This document shows positions 11,817 through 23,789 of a stretch of DNA of 64,000 bases, piece by piece (the first letter of the stretch is position 1; each line of letters starts with the position of its first letter). A model generated the notes under the pieces. That model did not search any database. It worked only from the letters and a program-made list of their open reading frames with translations, and was not told where the DNA came from. Origin of the DNA: Octopus sinensis. Taxonomy: Eukaryota. The stretch spans positions 78,740,001 to 78,804,000 of the forward strand of contig NC_043005.1 in NCBI RefSeq assembly GCF_006345805.1. Reading direction: 5' to 3'. The translations under genes and the position numbers were made by a program.

Positions 11817-12172
11817 TGGAGGCGCAATGGCCTAATGGTTAGGGTAGCGGACTTGCGGCCGTAGGATCATGGTTTCGATTCCCAAACCGAGAGTTCTGAG
11901 TATTTATTGCGAGAAGTTACCTTAGGCTCTGGCACTATCTTTAAACCATGCTGTATCCTTTCTCTCATTCTTTCTCCCTGTTTCTGTTGTATCTGTATTT
12001 CAAAGGGCCAGCCTCGTTACACTCTGTGTCACGCTGAATCTCCCCGAGAACTACGTTAAAGGCACACATGTCTGTGGAGTGCTCAGCCACTTTCACGTTA
12101 ATTTCACGAGCAGGCTGTTCCGTTGATCAGATCAGCTGGAGCCCTCGTCGCCTTAACCGACAGTATACCACG
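11817..12172 (+). mobile_element. SINE family D head with tail X
   Basis: ggaggcgcaatggcctaatggttaggg...ggtttcgattcc head; tail aagggccagcc...cacgttaatttcacgagcaggctgttccgttgatc...ccctcgtcg shared with 63005-63185 and 16875-17030. Confidence 0.85.
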
Positions 12173-12814
12173 ACAGAGTAATAAATCACATGTGTGTGTG
12201 TGTGTATCGTTGCTATTATGCAAAAGAGTCGCAAGTTCAAAAGGTTTTTTTTTTTCCAGAAAACGAAAAAAGATAGTTTCACCATTCCTTTGCAAAACCG
12301 TTGTAAAAAATTTGACAATTTTGATATCTTAGCAGCTGAAGCAGTTAGAAAAATACGATAGTTTGACCAAAACAACCAGTTATTGCAAGTAAGAATAAAC
12401 ATTGAAATAATAAAAAAAAAATTTGGACATACGACATTTTAACATAATAGCAAAAAATTATTTTTTCTTTTCTTTTTGGATGCGTATCCTATCTTACAGC
12501 CAAGAAACCAATATTTCGGACGCTGTGTGGCCGTGGAGACAGAATATAGAGTGGGTATTTTTACGCCTATATGACGGAAAATGTTGTCTGCAAGAGCCAC
12601 AGAACTCGAACCCGCTCCTCCCAAATACTGAGTGCGCACTCTTCCAATTAAGCTAAACTGCCTGCTAACTACGTATTCTGCCTAACCAATGTAAATATAT
12701 AACTTCTTTTGAAATGCATCAACATATATAAATATATATGTGTGTGTGTGTGTGTGAGTATGTGTGTGTGTGAGGGAGAGAGAGAGAGACAGATAGATAG
12801 ATAGATAGATAGAT

Positions 12815-12860
<46 letters not shown>

Positions 12861-12884
12861 AAGACAGAAAGTATCTTTTATCTC

Positions 12885-13325
12885 TTTTATGTTTCTGTCA
12901 TTAGACAACGGCTACGCTGGAGCACTGCCTATATGACGAATGTTCGTTAAACGATCTGATCTCAGTATTTGTTACTTATTCTATTGATTCCTTTGGGCGA
13001 ACTACTAAGTTATGGGAAGGTAAACACACCAACAACAGTTGTCAAGCGGAAGTAGGGGACCGAAACACAGGGCCGCGTGCGCAGGCGCGCTCGCACACAC
13101 AACACACATACACACACACACACACACATATATACACGAAGAGCTTCTTTCAGTTTCTGTCTACCAAATCCACTCACAAGGCTTTGATCGGCCAAAGATT
13201 ATAGCAGAAAACTCTTGCCCAAGGTGCCATGCAAAGAGTCACATAAAGTGCCGTGTAAAGTGCTACGGAGTGGCACTGTACCCGGTCCCAAGTATTTCGG
13301 AAGCGAACATTTTACCACACAACCA
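12885..13325 (-). mobile_element. SINE family A, diverged full-length copy
   Basis: gctggagcactgcc...ctaagttatggg...ctaccaaatccactcacaaggctttg...ttaccacacaacc. Confidence 0.8.
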
Positions 13326-13426
13326 AATCCACACACACACACACACACACATACACATAAACACAAAGATATATATTATTATTATTAGATAGATAGAGAG
13401 AGAGAGAGAACGAAAGAGAGAGCGAA

Positions 13427-13457
<31 letters not shown>

Positions 13458-13538
13458 CGAAAGAGAGAGAGAAAGAAAGAGATAAGATGAAAAGCACAGA
13501 AGATTTGTTTTACAGGATTTAAGAGAATATTAGAGCCA

Positions 13539-13946
13539 TTCTTTTATTCTTTTATTCTTAAATTTGTTTCAGTCATGTGACTGTGGACATGCTGGAGCGC
13601 CACCTTTTAGTCGATCAAATCGTTCCCAGGACATATTCCTTGTAAGCCTAGTACTTATTCTATCGGACTCATTTTACCAAACCACTAAGTTACGGGGACG
13701 TAAACGCACCAGCATCGGTTGTCAAGCGTATTTGGGAGCACAAACACAGACACACAAACACACACACACACACATATATATACATATATACGGTAGATTT
13801 CTTCAGTTTCCGTCTACCAAATCCACTCACAAAGCTTTGGTCGGCCCGAAGCTATAGTAGAAGACACTTGTCCAAGGTGTCACGCATTGGGACTGAATCC
13901 GGAACCATGTGGTTGGTAAACAAGCTACTTACCACACAGCCACTCC
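13539..13946 (-). mobile_element. SINE family A, full length
   Basis: Minus strand ggagtggctgtgtggtaagtagcttg...ggttcagtccc (B-box-like), CORE-like ccttggacaagtgtctt, internal (TA)(TG) tract, (taaaaga)n tail. Confidence 0.92.
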
Positions 13947-13968
13947 GGCGCTTATTTTCTTTTTACCC

Positions 13969-13999
13969 AAAGCCAGGAACTTTTCAGCACCCCTACATA
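13969..13999 (-). mobile_element. Mariner-type TIR remnant, interrupted by a family B SINE
   Basis: aaagccaggaacttttcagcacccct is the reverse complement of the 2924-type TIR. Confidence 0.5.
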
Positions 14000-14000
14000 C

Positions 14001-14237
14001 CTATTTCTTTACTACCCACAAGGGGCTAAACGCAGAGGGGACAAACAAGGACAGACAGACGGATTAAGTCGATTACATCGACCCCAGTGCGAAACGGGTA
14101 CTTAATTTATCGACCCCGAAAGGATGAAAGGCAAAGTCGATCTCGGCGGAATTTGAACTCAGAGCGTAACGGCAGACGAAATACGGCTACGCATTTCGCC
14201 CGGCGTGCTAACGGTTCTGCCACCATTCCGCCGCCTT
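14001..14237 (-). mobile_element. SINE family B monomer with 16 bp TSD
   Basis: Head aaggcggc.., B box gagttcaaattcc, central ctttcatcctttcggggtcgataaattaagtacc; TSD cagcacccct[a/g]catac at 13985-14000 and 14239-14254. Confidence 0.93.
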
Positions 14238-14687
14238 CCAGCACCCCTGCATACCATCTATCTGAAATATAGCTATGAGCACAACCGTACGGTCGTAGTA
14301 CCCAGGTAGCAGCACTTGTGACATACCAACAAGTGAGAAATATTTTCTAGATGCTGTCTATGTTTCAAGCGAAGATGAAGATATGTCAGCCTTGTTAATA
14401 TAAACATCTGAGGGTTGCATCGAACGATCTCTACCAAATTCTTAGACTCTCGAGTAGGTTTCGATTCAGGTTAAGAGATTTTATCCTCTGATGAGCACGG
14501 TTATGTAAAGCTTGTTGCCATACTCATACAGGGACATATATAATATTCATACACACATTCACACGTATGTACACGTATAATATATATTCATACGTATAGA
14601 TATGCATTTATAAATAGTTACCTATCTATCTCTCTATCTATCCATCTATCTAAATATATATATATATATATTGCTGAACATATACAT

Positions 14688-14727
<40 letters not shown>

Positions 14728-15210
14728 GTTCAGCAAAATTCTTTAATTAAATGGACAATGTACATTTTTATACTTATTTCATTTACCAACATTACAATGA
14801 GGGTAGATATATAGACAAAGAGGCTAATTTCATCCTTAAAAACATGGTAGTAGAAGGAAGTTCTCCATCTTTAGATTTTATATATATATATGTATGTATA
14901 TATATATGTATATATATATATTCACAAACACGCGCGCGCATGCACAAACCCTCAAACACAAATACACACACATATATACATTACGTAATTCTTATTCTTT
15001 GAAGAGAATGGAGTTGTACCAACATCCTCCTTATTAATTCTCTCCAATTGAATACTTCACTCTCAGATATGCCTCTAAGTTTTCAACGATAAACTTTAAA
15101 CACATTTCCCATCTACTATCGTTTATTTCTTTTGCCTTTAAATTCATTTAATTTTTTTTCACCAGTTTTTCCACATCTTGTGCTGTTTGATTAATTATCT
15201 AATTTACTTT

Positions 15211-15264
<54 letters not shown>

Positions 15265-16874
15265 TTTGTGTTCTTTTTTTTTCTAAATATTATTAACCAC
15301 GATGAATAACCCAGATAAGCATTCTATTGTTATGATTTGTTAAGAATTGGTCTCGTTCTTTCATTGCTAATGACAGCTTCAAAGAATAGTTTGTTGGGAG
15401 TAAACTGAGGGACAAAAGGCGGGGTATTATGAAGGCGGGAGAAAATTTCAATGGAAAACCGCGATTGAAATATAAGAAGATTGCTTCCGGTGATACATGT
15501 CAGATGGGCGCTGAAGTTACATATGCGCACACTTTCACGCAGCACGTACATACGCTCACGCACAAAAGTATCTATGCACTTACGAAGCTGAGCCGTTACA
15601 TAGATATAAAACGTCTTTATAAAGCAGCAATGAGAAAGGTCGGTGCGTGGGGCTTGGGAAAGAAAAATAAGAAATAGTAAAAAAAACATAAATGGAGATA
15701 GGGAGCGCAAAATAAATATAAGGTCTTTATAAACAATTAAGAAAGCCCCTAAATAGGTTTGAGGGCATTGACAAGCAAATCTGGCTTGTCATTTGCAGGC
15801 GAATGTATAAACTAATGGTGATTTTTCGTTGTGTTTGTATGTTTTTAATTCTTTTTTTCCTTTATCCGATATTCTTTAGATAAGCTTCACCGACACCTAC
15901 AACAACAACAACAACAGCAATATCAACACCAATATACACACGACCATTAACACATCCACCATCAACCACCATCACATTAATGCCATTCACTCACACACAC
16001 AAAAAAGAAAAGAAAAGAAAAGAGAAAAGGAGGGAAAAAACAATAAGGTACGAGATAAAGAAAACTCGTGTGGGCGCGGGCTGGGGATCTCGCCTTTTCC
16101 GTTTTTTTTTTCTTCTTTATTGGTGATTATCATTATTCTGCATAAAAAGTTAATTCTGTTGTTACTAACTCTGCTGGAAGGCCAAAGAATCATTCCTTAA
16201 TCTAGTCCTGAATATCTAATCCAATTCTCAATTAAACTTTACTCCTTGTATACATATATTTGTTCGATTCTTTGCTGTTTTTTTGTTGTTGTCAGTTTTA
16301 GTTAAATTATTTTTGTTTTACACCATTATTTTTTGTTCTCTTTCTAATCTTACCCAAACAATGCCATTATTTCGTTATTCTTTCATTCCATTATTCCCAA
16401 GTCAAGAGAACAAAATTGAAACATCATGTCGTTCACGAAAACCAAAACGAAAATTTGGTCGCGAAATAAAGGGATTCTTTGGTAGGGTGTGTTGAATGGA
16501 TTGGAGTGTCCTGAATTAAATAGAAGTTCCATGACAAAGTAGTGTATGTTTAACGAATATCTGTATGTGAATCAGATTGCAATTTTCTGTGTATAATTAT
16601 ATGTGTGCGAATGTGTGTGTGTGTGTGTGGTGGGGATAGACACGTTTATGTACAGCCGTGTGCATGAGTATATATATATAATGATTATATACGTATGTAA
16701 AGCTGTATGCGGTAGTGTTTGTGAATATGTATGTGTACTGACATCACGATTATATATAAATTGAATACGAGGATTTGCAGTACATGTATACACACACATA
16801 CATACATACTTACAGACAGACAGACAAACATACACTCGTATCAGCAAAACTATAATTTTTAAAAGCTAAAATCA

Positions 16875-17030
16875 GTTTCGACGACGTGGGTTCCAGTTGA
16901 TCCGATCAACGGAACGGCCTGCTCGTGAAAGTAACGTGCATACGGCTGAGCATTCCACAAACGCCCTTAAAGTAGTCTTCGGGAAGATTCAGTGTGACAC
17001 AGAATGTGACAGGACTGGCCAATTTCTAAT
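16875..17030 (-). mobile_element. Solo tail X of the SINE D/CORE families
   Basis: ccagttgatccgatcaacggaacggcctgctcgtgaaagtaacgtgca is the reverse complement of the tail at 12090-12170. Confidence 0.75.
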
Positions 17031-17042
17031 CGAAATGGGTGC

Positions 17043-17725
17043 AGGGGTGGCTGTGTGGTAAGAAGCTTGCTTCCCAAAGGCGATGAGCTGGCAGAAACGT
17101 TAGCACTCCGGGCGAAATGCTTAGCGGTATTTCGTCTGCCGTTACTTCTGAGTTCAAATTATGCCGAGTTCGACTTTGCCTTTCATCCTTTCGGGGTCGA
17201 TTAAAGAAGTAGCAGTTACGCATTGGAATCGATATAATCGACTTAATCCGTTTGTCTGTGCTTGTTTGTCCTCTCTGTGTTTAGCCCCTTGTGGGTAGTA
17301 AAGAAATAGGTATTTCGTCTGTCTTTAGGTTCTGATTTAAAATTCCGCCGAGGTCGAGTTTGCCTTTCATCCTTTCGGGGTCGATAAATTAAGTACCAGT
17401 TACGCATGGCGTCGATGTAATCAACTTAAACTCTTTGTCTGTCTTTGTTTGTTCCCTCTATGTTTAGCCCCTTGTGGGCAATAAAGAAATAAGGAGCTTG
17501 CTTCCCAACCACATGGTTCCGGGTTCAGTACATCCGCGTGGTACCTTCGGCAAGTGTCTTCTACTATAACTTCTGGCCGACCAATGCCTTGCGAGTGGAT
17601 TTGGTTGACAGAAACTGAAAGAAGCCCGTCATATATATATATACTCGTATATATATATATATATGTTTGTGTGTCTCTTATTGTCCCCCCACCATTGCTT
17701 GACAACCCATACTGGTGTGTTTATG
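17043..17725 (+). mobile_element. SINE family A interrupted by a family B dimer
   Basis: Head ggggtggctgtgtggtaagaagcttgcttcccaa resumes at 17491 after the insertion. Confidence 0.88.
17078..17490 (+). mobile_element. SINE family B head-to-tail dimer with 18 bp TSD
   Basis: TSD aag[a/g]agcttgcttcccaa at 17060-17077 and 17491-17508; second unit starts at aaagaaatag|gtatttcgtc (~17310). Confidence 0.92.
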
Positions 17726-18269
17726 TTTTTAAGAAAAAAACAGTTATTTAACGGTACAAAGCATTCACCCGGTATCTGAGAGGCATTGGGTTCGATTCTC
17801 TGTACTCGGCAACTAGCAAACTTTTTCAATTATAATTGACATGGTTTGCGCAGAGCCAGTCCCCTTTTCCCGTCCTTCAAATTTGTATTGGCCGGGTGCA
17901 ACATCCAGTAGTTATCAAGATGTAGGATTTGTATGCGATTGCCTTCTCTTACAGCTTAAAATCTAAAGGGCCTCACCCACTCTAGGGTCGTTTGGTTGTC
18001 TGTCAGTGAGATCCTTCCTGGGGCAATTGCGCTACATAATAATTAACCACAGATAGGACTATGACAAGTGCAACTGCTCTAAGTCTGAGTAGACTTCAAA
18101 ACAACAATGGCTTAGGTAATGGGACCCTGTTTCCTCAACCGAAACAGGGCCCCATGACAAGGATTAGTTTGAAGTCGTGCTCGGGACAATGAGGGACCCC
18201 ACTATCGAGGGGTCCCACTACGTGGTTATTCCCTCAACTAGAAATAGCAAAACCATGCCTTAATCTTCT

Positions 18270-18535
18270 GTGTGTGTGTGTGTGTACATATGCATTTGTG
18301 TCTTGTGTCTGTGTTCGTCCCACCACCACCACCACCACCGTTAGAATCCGGTGCTGTTGTATTTACGTCACCGTAACTTAGTGGTTTGCGTTTAAGAGTC
18401 CGATAGAGTGAGTACCAGGATTAGAAAAAAATTTAAGTACTGGGGTCGATTCCTTCGATTAAACATTCAAGGCGGTGCTCCAGCATAGCCGTATTCAAAT
18501 GACTGAAATAAGTAAAAGATAAAAGATAAAAGATT
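18270..18535 (+). mobile_element. SINE family A 3' half
   Basis: cgtaacttagtggtt...aaggcggtgctccagcatagccg...gactgaaataagtaaaagataaaagataaaaga. Confidence 0.8.
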
Positions 18536-18540
18536 CATAG

Positions 18541-18659
18541 ATACGTACGTACATACATACAAACATACATACATACATACATACATACATACATACATAC
18601 GTACATACATACATACATGCATACATACATACATACATACATATATGCATACATACATA
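18541..18659 (+). repeat. (TACA)n tract at the 5' junction of the RLE fragment
   Basis: Direct reading. Confidence 0.95.
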
Positions 18660-19260
18660 GATGATATAAAGATTTTGGATAGAGAAGAGAAACTGTGCAC
18701 AGTCGAGGAAATTAGCTGCCCAGCGGATGTTAGCATAAAGTTGAAGATCAGTGAAAAAGAGAACAGTTACGCGGAGCAATTGAGAAGCCTGCTGGTACTC
18801 TATCCAGATTACAAGTTCAGGTTTATACCTGTAATTATTGGGGCACTGATATATGAAACACACTGCCTAAATGTCAATCTTGAGAAATTAGGCTTCTCAA
18901 AACCAGAAAGGAGAAAGCTAATTTGAAGACTACAGATCCAATCCGTCATTGGAGGTGTAAAAATCTGTAAAATTTTTCAGAAGTTCATCATTTAAGTATA
19001 TATGAGCATGTATAGATATGCAACTATATGCATGAGAATATATACCTAAAACATACAATTCTGCACATACATACATACATACATACATACATACATACAT
19101 ACATACATACATACATACATACATACATACATACATACATACAAACAAAAATGCCCTGTTGTTGATGTTGAAATTCCAATGAAGGAGTCTTGAATCTAGA
19201 TTAGAAACCAGCTCTGTCTCTATTGGCAAGAAATCTTGAAATAAAACTGAACGATGATAT
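18660..19260 (+). mobile_element. 5'-truncated RLE-type (R4/HERO/NeSL-like) non-LTR retrotransposon: PD-(D/E)xK endonuclease remnant plus 3' UTR
   Basis: DIKILDREEKLCTVEEISCPADVSIKLKISEKENSY...YKFRFIPVIIGAL...LEKLGFS...I*RLQIQSVIGGVKICKIFQKFII* (18660-18995, one in-frame TGA) fits the RLE C-terminal pattern D..E.SCP...K..EK..Y...P.IIGALG; the 3' UTR has an internal (CATA)n and ends in (TACA)n at 19259. Confidence 0.88.
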
Positions 19261-19661
19261 ACATACATACATACATACATACATACATACATACATACAT
19301 ACAAACAAACCAGAGAGACAAAGACGTAAGATGCCTCGTAACTAGATTGAATCGAGGACCATGTTGTAACTAACGTAAAGTTTCATAAACGTACAGCAAA
19401 TATGATAAACTCAGTCATATATCTCTAACGACATAGCTGTTTTCTTCTGTTTCGGCGTTGCTTTGCCGTCGTGTGAATGGGTGCAGACGTGGGTGAACGT
19501 GTGTATGTATGTGTGTAAGCGTGTGTGTGTTAGTTTATGCATGTTAATTCTGTATCAATACGTATATTTACAATTGTGCATACATCTATATGCTTGTGTA
19601 TATATATATATATCAGTCTATCGGTTACGCTTTCATTCTTCCTCGCCCACTTTCTATTTCC

Positions 19662-19664
<3 letters not shown>

Positions 19665-19740
<76 letters not shown>

Positions 19741-19787
19741 TCATTCTTTCTTTCTTTCTTTCTTTCTCTCTCTCTCTCTCTCTTTCT
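19665..19787 (+). repeat. (TTTC)n/(TC)n microsatellite
   Basis: Direct reading. Confidence 0.95.
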
Positions 19788-20480
19788 CCCTGCATATAAA
19801 TAATATAACTTAAAATGTTATATGCTATACTATAACATCAATAATATATATACGTATATTCATGTGTGTACATATATATATATATATACACATATATATA
19901 TAGATATATACATATACATATATATATATATATTTATATATATTTATATTTATGTATATATATACGTATATATATACATATATATATACACATACATATA
20001 TACATATACACACATACACACACACATATATGTATATATATGTTGATGCGTGTGCAAGCATATGCACTGACGGATGCATGTGATTTTGCATGTGTATGCT
20101 TGTGACATGAGTAAGAAAAGAGGATGACTCCCTTTATCAGTAGAGAACATTGTTAAAAATGACATTTGAGAGAATAACTTTCGTTTTGATGTTGTATTAA
20201 TCTTAATAAAGAATAACATTTAGCATTCTGATCATTATGAGAGGAAATAAAACCAGAACAACACAAAAAAAACAACTTATGAACAAAATATAGAAAATAC
20301 CTGACTAATTAGCTCGGAGAATGAAAGAAATTAATGAGACGAATGAACGAGAAATACAGTACGCTCATAGAAGCACGTAGAGAGATACATACGTGCGATA
20401 CCATACGTACATACATGCATACACACAGGCAGACACACGTGCACACACACACACATATATATATATATACATGCATACTC

Positions 20481-20511
<31 letters not shown>

Positions 20512-21139
20512 TTATTTATTTATTTGTACATCCATACATACAGCCATTCATCTATACATACAGACTGACAAACACACATATATATAAAGCTGTATACTTA
20601 CGTAATTTCATATATACATACACATATACATCTAACCATCGAAAAACCAATTCTGTTATACTTAAGTATATTCATACAAACACATACATACATACGTACT
20701 TACATACATACATACACACATACATATATATATTTATATATAGATATATTATTTGCTTATATACATACACACATAAATACATACATACACACATAAATAC
20801 ATACATACACACATATATGCATGAACGCATACATGCATACGTACGTAAGTGTGTGTGTGCGTGTGTGCGTACGTGCTGTTTCCACTCTCTGATAATGATT
20901 TCTCAATATAAGTGAAGTTGAATTTCAAAGAGATTCTCTCCCTTTGAGTAGCAATTCCCTTGAATTTCACCACGTGTGTGCATATGTATATAGTTTATGG
21001 ATGTGAGTCAAATATTCTCCGTACACATATGTATAAATGTATGGATGCGCATGTATTCTTACATACATACGTAAGCGCACCATAGTTTTGGGATCACCAC
21101 TACTTTATTATCTCCCCTTCTTCCTAGGTCTTCTCTGTG

Positions 21140-21350
21140 GCCCCTCTGTCCAGCATTCGCTATGATAGATCACTAGCACTAAACCATTCTTTAAATTTTC
21201 TCTCCCTGTCTATTTCTGTGCTCCTTTCTGTCGAAGAGCGTAGGCTCGAAATGTAAAAGACTTTCTCACATACCGAGCGTTAAACTAATACATCTGTTTA
21301 TTGTTCACGCATCCGTCTTTTCGTTTTTTTTTGTGAAAATTCTAACTATA
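21140..21350 (+). mobile_element. Penelope/retrozyme-like hammerhead-bearing repeat (copy 2)
   Basis: attcgctatgatagatcactagc...cctttCTGTCGAAGAGCgtagGCTCGAAATGTAaaag...ccgagcgttaaactaatacatctg. Confidence 0.7.
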
Positions 21351-21353
21351 TAA

Positions 21354-21520
21354 GGAGTGGCTGCGTGGTAAGTAACTTGCTTACTAGCCACATAGTTCTG
21401 GGTTCAGTCCTACTGCGGGGCACATTGGGCAAGTGTCTTCTACAATAGCTTCGGGACGACCAAAGCCTTGTAAGTGGATTTGGTAGATGAAAACTGAAAG
21501 AAGGCCGTCGTATATATGTA
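21354..21520 (+). mobile_element. SINE family A 5' half
   Basis: aggagtggctgcgtggtaagtaacttgc...gaaactgaaagaaggccgtcgtatat. Confidence 0.9.
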
Positions 21521-21522
21521 TA

Positions 21523-21720
21523 TATATTCGCCATGATAGATCGCTAGCCACTACACATTCTTTATTTTCTTCCTTGTTTCTTTTTGTGTTCCTTTCTGTG
21601 GAAGAGCTTAGGCTCAAAACGTTAAAGACTTCTTCACTTCCCGAGCGTTAAACTAATACATCTGTTGTCTACACCATCTGTCCTCGTCTTTTGTGTGTTT
21701 TTTTTGTGAATTCTTCCTAT
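21523..21720 (+). mobile_element. Penelope/retrozyme-like hammerhead-bearing repeat (copy 3, G12A decayed)
   Basis: attcgccatgatagatcgctagcc...cctttCTGTGGAAGAGCttagGCTCAAAACGTTaaag. Confidence 0.7.
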
Positions 21721-21740
21721 ATATATATATATGTTTCTGC

Positions 21741-21778
<38 letters not shown>

Positions 21779-21835
21779 GTGTAGATAGACAGATAGATAG
21801 ATAGACAGATAGATAAATAGATAGATAGATATATG

Positions 21836-21888
<53 letters not shown>

Positions 21889-22063
21889 TAGATGATAGAT
21901 AGATAGATAGATAGATATAGGCGCAGGCGCGCTGTGTGGTAGAAGTTTGCTTCCCAACACTGGTTTCAGATTTAGATACCCGTGGCATTGACAGCGTCTC
22001 CTACTATAACCTCGTGCGAGCACAGCTTTCTGACTGGATTTCCGAGATGAAATGGAAGCATAG

Positions 22064-22109
<46 letters not shown>

Positions 22110-22149
22110 ATATATATATATGTAAACTGGATCTGAAAAGCAACAGTGG

Positions 22150-22265
22150 ATGAGAAAACATTCAGACAGTTAGACGATACAAAGACGGACAAGAGAAACG
22201 ACATTGAGAAGGACAGGGGGGGAAAAAGGGCAGTCCATTCGTGGCCTTCTTTCATCGGTCAAGTG
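22150..22265. repeat. Unclassified dispersed repeat H
   Basis: gacgatacaaagacggacaag...cattcgtggccttctttcatcggtcaag is similar to gaacgatacaaagacagacagg...cattcgtggctttctatttatcagtcaag at ~58540-58612. Confidence 0.55.
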
Positions 22266-23270
22266 TATGTTTTTGTATGTACTTTTGTCCTCTATCACTG
22301 TTTGTGAACTGGTGCTGGTGTGTTTACATCCCCATAACGTAGCGGTTCAGTAAAGGAAGTTGATAGAAAAAGGACGGAACTTTAAAAACACACAGCCGTG
22401 GGAGCAATTCAATCAAATGAAATTCTTCAACGCGGTGCCCCCGCATGATCGCTATCCAATGATTGAACCAAGTATTAAATAAACGATAAAAGATACTGCA
22501 CGACATCAATGATTGCTAGAAATAAGAGCCAAAATTTCTTATTGGAACATTATGCTCACATAACTTAGTAAAACCCCCCATGAAAATAAGTCGTGAAAAG
22601 CACATGAGACGTACCGACCTTATGACTACAGGCTAAACTCCTCTAAGTCATTACTTTGCACGAGCTAACCTAAACTTAATAACATTAGCAGCAACAATAA
22701 TAACAACAAGAGCAATAGTAATAAGATACACAACAAAGCAAGAAAAGTATTCTTCTTTCTCTATATTCTGCATTTTTTAGTGCGAAATAATTGATCCTGT
22801 TTCTATATATCGTAATGACAATTTTTTTTGATAAAAATAAAAGCTGCAATTATTAATATTATTTGTAATTGCGTTATTAGCTGCTGCAGTTTTATTCCTC
22901 GTATGAGTTCATCTGACGAGAAACAAAAGGAGAACTAAATATCTCTTCAGAGATAATAGTAAATCTGAAAAATATATCATTTGTTTCGTCATGGGTAGGG
23001 GGTTTATACAGTGACAATGGCTAGAGGAAACATTCTTGTGCTAATGAATGGTTGAATAGTCAATAATGAAAGATTTATAATAGAACGTAAAGAAAGACGT
23101 TTAGAGATTCCTTCCAATAGAACGGATCAATACAAGATATATCTGTGTACGAGTGTGTGTGTGTATTCATAACTATATATCTACATTATATATATGTGTG
23201 TGTGACTGTATGTGTGTGTGTATATGTATGTATATATATGTATATATATATATATATTTATGTATATATA

Positions 23271-23313
<43 letters not shown>

Positions 23314-23317
23314 ATAT

Positions 23318-23727
23318 TCTTTTACTCTTTTACTCTTTTACTTGTTTCAGTCATTTGACTGCGGCCATGCTGGAGCACCGCCTTTAGACGAGCAAATCGA
23401 CTCCGGGACTTATTATTTGTAAGCCCAGTACTTATTCTATCGGTCTCTTTTGCCGAACCGCTAAGTTACGGGGACGTAAACACACCAGCATCCGTTGTCA
23501 AGCAATGCTCGGGGGCCAAACACATAAACATATACACATATACTTATATATATATACATATATACGACAGGCTTCTTTCAGTTTCCGTCTACCAAATCCA
23601 CTCACAAAGCTTTGGTCGGCCCGGGGCTATAGCAGAAGACACTTGCCTAAGATGCCACGCAGTGGGACTGAACCCGGAACCATGTGGTTGGTTAGCAAGC
23701 TACTTACCACACAGCCACTCCTGCGCC
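23318..23727 (-). mobile_element. SINE family A, full length, low divergence
   Basis: Minus strand ggcgcaggagtggctgtgtggtaagtagcttg ... gactgaaacaagtaaaagagtaaaagagtaaaag. Confidence 0.95.
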
Positions 23728-23789
23728 ATAAATATATATATATATATATTTATGTATATATATATATATATGTATATATAAATATATCC

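Noticed and set aside
11817-11890. tRNA genes at SINE heads (also 2750-2822, 27376-27440, 62870-62935)
   Set aside because: A/B boxes are present but there is no complete cloverleaf, and each continues into a repeated SINE body
2924-13999. One 11 kb composite transposon bounded by the two mariner-type TIRs
   Set aside because: The TIRs are diverged, no matching TSD or transposase lies between them; independent remnants are more likely
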